Shown here: piece after piece, positions 28,368-35,522 of the stretch
Layout: every line of letters begins with the position of its first letter
Position numbering within the stretch: position 1 is the first letter of the stretch
NCBI GenBank assembly: GCA_038128265.1
Contig: JAYPJE010000005.1
Span: forward strand, 23,489 to 87,488
Length of the DNA: 64,000 nt
Reading direction: 5' to 3'
Source: Gemmatimonadota bacterium
Lineage (GTDB): Bacteria > Latescibacterota > UBA2968 > UBA8231
Position numbers and translations under genes: made by a program
The notes under the pieces: generated by a model
The model's database searches: none
What the model saw: the letters and a program-made list of their open reading frames with translations, nothing else
Told to the model about the DNA's origin: nothing

Positions 28368-29117
28368 ATGCTCATAGCACACCCCCGTGGCAACTACCAC
28401 TTCCTGCGCGGTATCGATCCCTACTCCTGCGGCGTAGTCGCCGACCCCGGCTACGAAATAGTGCACGCAACGCTCAGTGAGTCGCTGCCCTGGCAGCAGG
28501 GTTTCGATCGAGTCGCTGCCCATTTAGACACGCACAACCTGGACCGCAATGCGCTTTGCGGTATGGAACTTAGGTCACCCGAACCTTTCACAATGCAGGG
28601 TTTTATCGACTTCAACGGCGACTATTGTTCCGTGTTAAAAGAGTGGGGCCTCTTCGTCGACGGGCTCAACCCCGTGGCGCGCACCAACGTCGCACCCGTG
28701 CACCACCCCCCCGCCGAACCCCACCTGCACGCTTTTTCCTACGTCGTAGCCAACCCGCATATCGGCCGCAAAACGCTCGTCGTTGCTGGCGCCGGCGAAC
28801 TGTTAGAGGGCATCCTCGAAGCGGAGCGCATTATTCGCCCGGGCGACACATCACCGGATTCAATGCGCGAAAAAGCCGCCTATGTGATGGAGGTAATGGA
28901 AGAGCGCCTTCTGGGACTAGGGGGAGCGTGGACACTAGTCGATACCGTCGATATATACACCATCTACCCGCTGGTCGACCTCTACGAGCACGTCGTTTTG
29001 CCGCCTATGGGCCCTGCGGCTAGGCACGGCGCGCGCTGGTATTACAGCCGGCCGCCAGTCGTCGACATCGACTTTGAGATGGACATGCGCGGCATCGTTA
29101 CCGACCTGGTCGTCTAG
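28368..29117 (+). CDS. 2-amino-5-chloromuconate deaminase CnbZ-like protein
   Basis: GNYHFLRGIDPYSCGVVADPGYEIV, LCGMELRSPEPFT..GF..FN, NPVARTNVAP, RPPV.DIDFEMD. Confidence 0.75.
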   Translation: MLIAHPRGNYHFLRGIDPYSCGVVADPGYEIVHATLSESLPWQQGFDRVAAHLDTHNLDRNALCGMELRSPEPFTMQGFIDFNGDYCSVLKEWGLFVDGLNPVARTNVAPVHHPPAEPHLHAFSYVVANPHIGRKTLVVAGAGELLEGILEAERIIRPGDTSPDSMREKAAYVMEVMEERLLGLGGAWTLVDTVDIYTIYPLVDLYEHVVLPPMGPAARHGARWYYSRPPVVDIDFEMDMRGIVTDLVV

Positions 29118-29120
29118 GGT

Positions 29121-29861
29121 TTAGCTATAAGACCAGGCAAATTGCGCGATGTCGCACTCGGCCCCTTCCGAGCAGAGCGCGCCAACATATCCATCGCCCA
29201 ACTGTAGACTGGACATGTTCCAGCGCGCCGTTTCGCTCGCTCCCTCGTCCGAGCGCAAAATAGCGGCGCGCTCGTCCAGCGATACGGAAAACGTGTCCAA
29301 ACCGGCGGCAATACCATCGCCGCGCGCCTTCACATAGGCCTCTTTGCGCGTCCAGCAGCGATAAAAGGCCCGCGGCTGGTCTGCTGCCGGCAGCGCATTC
29401 AGCGCCTCGTACTCCTCTATGGAAAAAAATCGTTCGGCAATGCGCATATAGTTGCTTCTAGCGCGCTGCTGCTCGACGTCGACGCCCACGGCGCGTCCGC
29501 GCGCTACGGCATAGAGCACCACGTCGCCGGAATGCGACATATTAAACTCTAGCGGATTCGATGGGCCTACCAGATGCGGTTTGCCGTGCTCGCCGTAGGC
29601 AAAGCACAGCTGGTCGGGCGGACAGTCGGCATAGCGGGACAACACGTGGCGCAATAGGGCGCGCGCCGCGACAAAGCGCCGGCGATTTTCCGCCAGTGGA
29701 TAGCGCTCGGCGCGCGCGCGTTCGTCGGCAGACAGCACGTCCTGCACATGCTCGACGCACGCCGCTTGCGTCGGCAAATCAGCGCGCCAAACGTGGACCT
29801 GTGCCCTGTCCAAACGCTCGTCTCCGCTAGCGGTGTGCCATATGTCGCCCATTTCTGTCAT
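29121..29861 (-). CDS. Sfp-type 4'-phosphopantetheinyl transferase
   Basis: GKP, FNMSHS, VGVDVE, WTRKEAYVKARG. Confidence 0.93.
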   Translation of the reverse strand: MTEMGDIWHTASGDERLDRAQVHVWRADLPTQAACVEHVQDVLSADERARAERYPLAENRRRFVAARALLRHVLSRYADCPPDQLCFAYGEHGKPHLVGPSNPLEFNMSHSGDVVLYAVARGRAVGVDVEQQRARSNYMRIAERFFSIEEYEALNALPAADQPRAFYRCWTRKEAYVKARGDGIAAGLDTFSVSLDERAAILRSDEGASETARWNMSSLQLGDGYVGALCSEGAECDIAQFAWSYS

Positions 29862-29979
29862 GTAATTAATATCGCCAGAAACTGCCCGGCACGCATCTTG
29901 ACATCTTGACGCCGCCCCGCGGTCATACCACATTAATAGCGTTCGCGACCCAGCACTCTCTATAAGGAGAACAGAATAC

Positions 29980-32292
29980 ATGGCCACCTCCTTTTCCAGC
30001 AAGGACTATCCCGACTACACGGGGAACGGTACATACCGCGTAATTGGCACGCGCCCCATACGCCACGACGGCGTCGACAAGGTCACGGGCGCCGCGGTCT
30101 ACGGCGGCGATGTGCGCCTGCCGGGCATGCTCTACGGCAAGGTCTTGCGCAGTCCGCATCCGCACGCGCGCATTATCTCCATCGACACCTCAAAAGCCAT
30201 GCAGCTCAGCGGCGTGCGCGCCGTGGCAACTGCCGACGACTTGGTTGAAACGGTTGACCAACTGTCCAACCTCGGCGAGACCATGGTCAACGTGCGCGAA
30301 GTCGCCCAGAATTCGCTCGCCTCGGGCAAAGTGCTCTACAAGGGACACGCCATTGCCGCCGTCGCCGCTACCAGCGCCCACATTGCCGAAGAGGCACTCG
30401 ACCTGATAGAGGTCCAGTACGAGGTGCTGCCTGCGGTGGTCGACGTCCTCAAAGCCATGCAGGACAACGCGCCGCTGCTCGACGAAAACCGCACCACGCG
30501 CGAGCTGGGCCAGAAAACCGACAAAAAGAGCAACGTGGCCAGCCACAATCGCCATTCTATGGGCGACCTCGACAGCGGCTTTGCCGAAGCCGACGAAGTC
30601 GTCGAACGCGAGTTCCGCACTGCCACCGTGCACCAGGGTTATATCGAGCCGCACAATACGACCGTGTGGTGGAAAAACGACGGTTCGATCACCGTGTGGG
30701 TCAGCACGCAGGGGCCGTTCGAAATCCGCTCGCAGGTTTCGGAAGTGCTGCAGGTACCCGTTTCCAAAGTCAAAGTCATTCCCTGCGAAATCGGCGGCGG
30801 CTTTGGCGGCAAATTCCCTGCCTATATGGAGCCGGCAGCGGCCATTCTGTCGCACAAGACGGGTCACCCGGTCAAAATGATTATGAGTCGGACCGAAGTA
30901 TTTGAGGCCACGGGCCCCGGGCCAGGCTCCTATATAAAAGTCAAAATGGGCATTAAAAAGGATGGTTCGATTACGGCAGCCCAGGCCTACTTAGCCTACG
31001 AGGCCGGCGGTTTTCCAGGCTCGGCCGTCGGCGCTGGGGCCTCCTGCATCTTGGGCCCTTACAATATTCCCAACGTCACGATCGACGCCTATGACGTCGT
31101 CGTCAACAAGCCCAAATCGTCGGCCTACCGCGCACCGGGTGCTCCCAACGCCGCGTTTGCCTCGGAAAGTGTCATCGATGAGCTGGCCGAGCGCATTGGC
31201 ATGGACCCGCTACAAGTGCGCCTCAAGAACTCGTCGCGCGAGGGCACGCGCCGCGCCGACGGGACAGTGTACAAGAAAATTGGCTGCGAAGAGACCGTGC
31301 AGGCCGCACTCGACAGCGAACACTACAAGAGCAAACTCGAAGGCGTGCACCGCGGCCGCGGCGTCGCTTCGGGCTTCTGGTTTAACGGCGGCGGCGAGTC
31401 ATCGGCGGCCATCTCCGTCAACTCCAATGGCACGCTCAACCTGCAGGAGGGTTCGGTAGACATTGGCGGCAGCCGCGCTTCGATGGCGATGATCGTGGCC
31501 GAGACGCTGGGACTCAACGCCGAAGACATCAACCCATCCATTCCCGACACGTCGTCCATTGGCATGACGGGCGGCACGGGCGGCAGCCGAGTGACCTATG
31601 CCACCGGACACGCCTGCTACAAGGCAGCCGAGGATGTAAAGGCCGAGATGTGCCTGCGCGCAGCACGCCAGCTCGAAGTCGAAGAAAGCGACGTCGAGTA
31701 TCGAGATGGTCAATTCGTCAGCGCATCAGATCCATCCAAGTCGCTCACCTTTAAGGAAATTGCCGCCGAGCAGGGCCGCACCGGCGGTCCGATCACCGGC
31801 AAGGGCACGATTAACGCCGGCGGTGCGGGCAATGCCTTTGGCACCCACGTCGTCGACGTCGAAGTCGATACCGATACGGGCAAGGTCAAGATCTTGCGCT
31901 ACACCGCCGTGCAGGACGTCGGCAAGGCCATCCATCCCTCTTACGTGGAAGGGCAGATCCAAGGCGGCGCCGTGCAGGGCATCGGCTGGGCGCTGAGCGA
32001 AGGCTACTTCTACCGGGAAGATGGCACCATGGCCAATCCCACCTTCCTCGACTATCGCATGCCGACGGCACTCGATCTGCCGCTGGTCGAAACCGTGCTG
32101 GTCGAAGTGCCCAATCCGGCCAGCCCGCACGGCATTCGCGGCGTCGGCGAAGTGCCGCTAGTGCCGCCGATGGCCGCCATTGCCAACGCCATCTACGATG
32201 CCATTGGCGTCCGCCTCGGCGAGCTGCCCATGAGCCCGGACAAGGTTGTAGCGGCGCTGCACGGCGCACAGCTGCAGGAGGCGGCCGGATAG
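29980..32292 (+). CDS. Xanthine dehydrogenase family molybdopterin-binding (large) subunit
   Basis: DKVTG, RSPHPHA, HQGYIEP, IGGGFGGK, AYRAPG, EGQIQGG, GVGE; RBS TAAGGAG. Confidence 0.95.
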   Translation: MATSFSSKDYPDYTGNGTYRVIGTRPIRHDGVDKVTGAAVYGGDVRLPGMLYGKVLRSPHPHARIISIDTSKAMQLSGVRAVATADDLVETVDQLSNLGETMVNVREVAQNSLASGKVLYKGHAIAAVAATSAHIAEEALDLIEVQYEVLPAVVDVLKAMQDNAPLLDENRTTRELGQKTDKKSNVASHNRHSMGDLDSGFAEADEVVEREFRTATVHQGYIEPHNTTVWWKNDGSITVWVSTQGPFEIRSQVSEVLQVPVSKVKVIPCEIGGGFGGKFPAYMEPAAAILSHKTGHPVKMIMSRTEVFEATGPGPGSYIKVKMGIKKDGSITAAQAYLAYEAGGFPGSAVGAGASCILGPYNIPNVTIDAYDVVVNKPKSSAYRAPGAPNAAFASESVIDELAERIGMDPLQVRLKNSSREGTRRADGTVYKKIGCEETVQAALDSEHYKSKLEGVHRGRGVASGFWFNGGGESSAAISVNSNGTLNLQEGSVDIGGSRASMAMIVAETLGLNAEDINPSIPDTSSIGMTGGTGGSRVTYATGHACYKAAEDVKAEMCLRAARQLEVEESDVEYRDGQFVSASDPSKSLTFKEIAAEQGRTGGPITGKGTINAGGAGNAFGTHVVDVEVDTDTGKVKILRYTAVQDVGKAIHPSYVEGQIQGGAVQGIGWALSEGYFYREDGTMANPTFLDYRMPTALDLPLVETVLVEVPNPASPHGIRGVGEVPLVPPMAAIANAIYDAIGVRLGELPMSPDKVVAALHGAQLQEAAG

Positions 32293-32310
32293 TCCGTCTT
32301 TACCCAATCG

Positions 32311-32352
32311 ATAAACGCCTGGCTCCTTGCGGGGAGCCAGGCGTTTATTTTT
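32311..32352 (+). terminator. Intrinsic terminator (possibly bidirectional)
   Basis: ATAAACGCCTGGCTCC-TTGCGG-GGAGCCAGGCGTTTAT followed by T's. Confidence 0.9.
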
Positions 32353-32363
32353 ACTAACGCACC

Positions 32364-33248
32364 ATGAGCCAGCCCATCGACCCACGGCACTTTATCGACG
32401 CCATGCTACCCGTTGTCCGCCAGTGCGCGCGGGCGTCGATGATTTTCTACGGCCAGGTCGCCGACATCGGCAAAGAAGCCGATTTGGGCCTGACCGGCGA
32501 CAAGGCCCAGGCTGCTTCGACCACGTTCACAGCGCTCGACAGCGGCCTGCAGGACATCTTGCTCAGCGCGGTGTTGCAGCACTTCCCCGAAGTCGGCGTC
32601 ATCGCCGAAGAGAGCACGCCGCTCAAAAAACGCTTTGCGGGCAGCGCTTCACCCTACCTAGTCATTCTCGATCCCATTGACGGCACCTGGCATTTTAAGC
32701 GCGGCGATGCCCCCTACCACATATCGATCGGGCTGGCGCGCGACGGCGCGATGCTGGCCGCCATCGTCGCCCGTCCCAGCGAATATAAAGTATTCACCGC
32801 CGTGCGCGGCGGCGGCGCGTTTGTGCAGCAAGGAACAGCGCGCAAAAAGCGACTGCGGCTGAAACATGCTCCGCGGCACAACAAGGTATTTATCTCTTCC
32901 AAAGCGCGCGACTATCAGGCCTTGGCGCGCGCGCACTACGACCTTGACCCACGCGAACATCCCATCGGTGCATCGCTGGTATTAACGCTTATCGCCGAAG
33001 GCCACCTGAGCGCCTATCTAACGCGCCAGGTAGAAATCTACGATGCCGGCCCTCCCTCTCTGATTGCCGAAGAGGCCGGAGCGCGCTGCCTGATCGGACC
33101 CAACCAAATACCACGCTATGTAAAGCGGCGCAAATTCGCCCATTTTATGGCGGCAGCCAACGCCGAGTTGGAAGAAAAATTACACGCCATTGTGCGCCAT
33201 GCACGGGCAATCAAACGCGCACAGTCACGTCAGCAGAGGAGCTCATGA
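32364..33248 (+). CDS. Inositol monophosphatase family protein
   Basis: IAEE, ILDPIDGT, YDAG...IAEEAGA. Confidence 0.88.
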   Translation: MSQPIDPRHFIDAMLPVVRQCARASMIFYGQVADIGKEADLGLTGDKAQAASTTFTALDSGLQDILLSAVLQHFPEVGVIAEESTPLKKRFAGSASPYLVILDPIDGTWHFKRGDAPYHISIGLARDGAMLAAIVARPSEYKVFTAVRGGGAFVQQGTARKKRLRLKHAPRHNKVFISSKARDYQALARAHYDLDPREHPIGASLVLTLIAEGHLSAYLTRQVEIYDAGPPSLIAEEAGARCLIGPNQIPRYVKRRKFAHFMAAANAELEEKLHAIVRHARAIKRAQSRQQRSS

Positions 33249-34156
33249 CGCAACAGACCATTGCGGGTGTCCTACCCGTCGTGCACATGCCGTATACAGA
33301 GAGCGGAGCAATCGACCTAGAGACTATGGGGAAGCAGGTTGACTATCTTTTTGGCCTGGGAGCCGACGGATTCTGCCTGGCGCTGGTCTCCGACCTCTTT
33401 CGCCTGAGCGAACGCGAGCGCTTAGCGCTGCCCGCCCAGCTGTGCGACTGTGCCCAGGGGCGCGGTCCCGTCATCATCAACGTTGCGGCAGAGAGCACGC
33501 AGCAGGCATGCGCCTACGCGCGTGCGGCAGAAGACGGCGGCGCGGCGGCGCTGATGGCCATTCCCCCGATTTCGCGCGCGCTATCCGAAGACCAACTGCG
33601 CGCCTACTTCACCGCTCTACTCGAAGAAGTCGACCTACCGATCTTTGTCCAGGACGCCAGCTCGTATGTGGGCAATCCCATGAGTATCGCCTTTCAGGCC
33701 AGCCTCTTTGCCGAGTTTGGCCAGCGCGTGCTGTTCAAACCCGAAGCATCGCCCCTCGGACCCTGCATATCGGCGCTGCGAGCGGCCACGGACGGAAAGG
33801 CAAGCATTTTTGAGGGCAGCGGCGGCGTCTTGCTCATCGACTCATTTCGCCGCGGTATAACCGGCACCATCCCCGGGGTCGAACTGCTAGATGGCACGAC
33901 GGCTCTGTGGAACGCGCTGCAGGCGGGAGACGACGAACGCGCCTACCGCCTCTACTGGCCCATATGCGCGCTTATTACGCTGCAGCTGCAGGGCGGATTG
34001 GACGGTTTTATCGTCAGCGAGCGCTACATCATGCACCAGCGCGGTCTCTTTCCCAACCAGGTGCACCGCGGCCCCCTCAGCTTTGCACTCGACGACGCTA
34101 TGTGCGCGGAAATAGATCGCCTCATGGCGCACCTAGACCGTGCTTTGCAAAGCTAG
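33245..34156 (+). CDS. Dihydrodipicolinate synthase family (class I aldolase) protein
   Basis: GVLPV...P, LSERER, LMAIPP, VQD, Schiff-base Lys in FKPE. Confidence 0.85.
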   Translation: MTQQTIAGVLPVVHMPYTESGAIDLETMGKQVDYLFGLGADGFCLALVSDLFRLSERERLALPAQLCDCAQGRGPVIINVAAESTQQACAYARAAEDGGAAALMAIPPISRALSEDQLRAYFTALLEEVDLPIFVQDASSYVGNPMSIAFQASLFAEFGQRVLFKPEASPLGPCISALRAATDGKASIFEGSGGVLLIDSFRRGITGTIPGVELLDGTTALWNALQAGDDERAYRLYWPICALITLQLQGGLDGFIVSERYIMHQRGLFPNQVHRGPLSFALDDAMCAEIDRLMAHLDRALQS

Positions 34157-34162
34157 CCGGCC

Positions 34163-35338
34163 ATGCCCGCGCCGTCCCAATCGCAGCGCATGCGCGCAGT
34201 GCAGCCGCCCGTCATTCCCCACGTCGCCGGGCTCATCCGCCAAACGCCTGGCACCATTTCCCTAGGCCAGGGCGTGGTGCACTATCCGCCCCCGCCGCAG
34301 GCGCTGGCTGCATCCAGTGCATTTGGCGAGCATCTGGGCGAACACCACTACCAGGCGGCGCGCGGCCTACCCGAACTGCAGGAGGCCCTGCGGGCAAAGC
34401 TGTCGGCGGAGAACGGTATCGAAGTCGATGACGAGCGCGTTCTCATGGTTACGGCGGGCAGCAATATGGGCTTCTATCACGCCCTATTGGCCATCGCTGA
34501 CCCCGGTGATGAGATCATTATTGCCGCGCCGTTTTACTTTAACCACGAAATGGCCATCGCCATGGCCAACTGCCGCGCCGTTGCCGTGCCGACCGATGGC
34601 AACTACCAGCTGCGCCTCGACGCGATCGCCGCAGCCATTGGCGAGCGCACGCGCGCCATTGTTACCATCTCACCCAACAACCCCACCGGCGCTGTCTATC
34701 GGCCAGAAGACCTCCGCGCCGTAAACCGCCTGTGCAAGCAGCACGGCCTCTACCATTTCTCCGATGAGGCCTACGAGTATTTTACCTACGAGGGCGCGGC
34801 GCATTTTTCGCCGGCTTCGCTGGCCGACAGTGCCGCCCACACGATATCGCTCTTTTCGTTTTCCAAAGGCTACGGCATGGCCTCGTGGCGCGTAGGCTAC
34901 CTGGTCGCGCCGGTACACCTACTGACCGCACTCGAAAAAGCGCAAGACACCATCCTGATCTGTCCGACCGTTATTTCGCAGCAGGCAGCGCTGGGGGCTC
35001 TGCGCGCCGGTCGGCACTATTGCCAGCAGTTTTCTGAAGATCTAGCGGCCGTGCGCCGACTGTGCCTATCCCGCCTCGACGAGCTGGGCGAACGCTGCCA
35101 CGTGCCCGACGCCCGCGGAGCTTTTTACCTGCTCGCGCGTCTAAATACCACATTGCCCGCGCTCGACGTGGTTGAGCGCCTAGTGCGCGCGTACCGCGTC
35201 GCCGTCATACCGGGCGAAGCATTTGGCCTGACGGATGCCTGCCACGTGCGCATCGCCTTTGGTGCGCTGCGGAGCGACACCGTAGCCGAGGGGATGGATC
35301 GCCTAGTACATGGCCTAAAAAAAATTCTTTCTCCCTGA
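34163..35338 (+). CDS. PLP-dependent aminotransferase class I/II
   Basis: ISLGQG, SPNNPTG, SDEAY, SFSKGYGMASWRVGY. Confidence 0.95.
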   Translation: MPAPSQSQRMRAVQPPVIPHVAGLIRQTPGTISLGQGVVHYPPPPQALAASSAFGEHLGEHHYQAARGLPELQEALRAKLSAENGIEVDDERVLMVTAGSNMGFYHALLAIADPGDEIIIAAPFYFNHEMAIAMANCRAVAVPTDGNYQLRLDAIAAAIGERTRAIVTISPNNPTGAVYRPEDLRAVNRLCKQHGLYHFSDEAYEYFTYEGAAHFSPASLADSAAHTISLFSFSKGYGMASWRVGYLVAPVHLLTALEKAQDTILICPTVISQQAALGALRAGRHYCQQFSEDLAAVRRLCLSRLDELGERCHVPDARGAFYLLARLNTTLPALDVVERLVRAYRVAVIPGEAFGLTDACHVRIAFGALRSDTVAEGMDRLVHGLKKILSP

Positions 35339-35348
35339 GCACATCGGC

Positions 35349-35378
35349 TTGACATTGAGGAGCTTTTTGCTTTATGTT
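35349..35378 (+). promoter_or_regulatory. Sigma70 promoter
   Basis: TTGACA-N18-TATGTT, predicting a start near 35385-35387. Confidence 0.65.
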
Positions 35379-35386
35379 TCTCTCTA

Positions 35387-35506
35387 CAAAGAGTGACCTG
35401 AATCCGCAAAAGAATATCCAAGAGGAAGTCTACCACACTTCTGAGCTGTGGCGCTTCGACAAACGTTGTAAACGATATTCTGGCGGGTTGGTCGCTCTTC
35501 TTTTTT
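35387..35506 (+). ncRNA. Putative structured small RNA, 6S RNA-like rod with central bubble
   Basis: Nested pairings AAGAGTGACC/GGTCGCTCTT, AATCCGC/GCGGGTT, AGAATATC/GATATTCT, GAAGT/GCTTC, CCACA/TGTGG; ends in a T run. Confidence 0.6.
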
Positions 35507-35522
35507 GCGCTACATTCTACGC

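Noticed and set aside
29862..29979. Moco riboswitch or sigma-54 promoter upstream of the molybdoenzyme
   Set aside because: No Moco RNA motif elements; CGGCACGCATCTTGA has GA rather than the near-invariant GC at -12.
35387..35506. SRP (4.5S) RNA or tRNA identity for the structured RNA
   Set aside because: No helix-8 GGAA tetraloop with the CAGG/AGCA internal loop, and no cloverleaf or T-loop motif.
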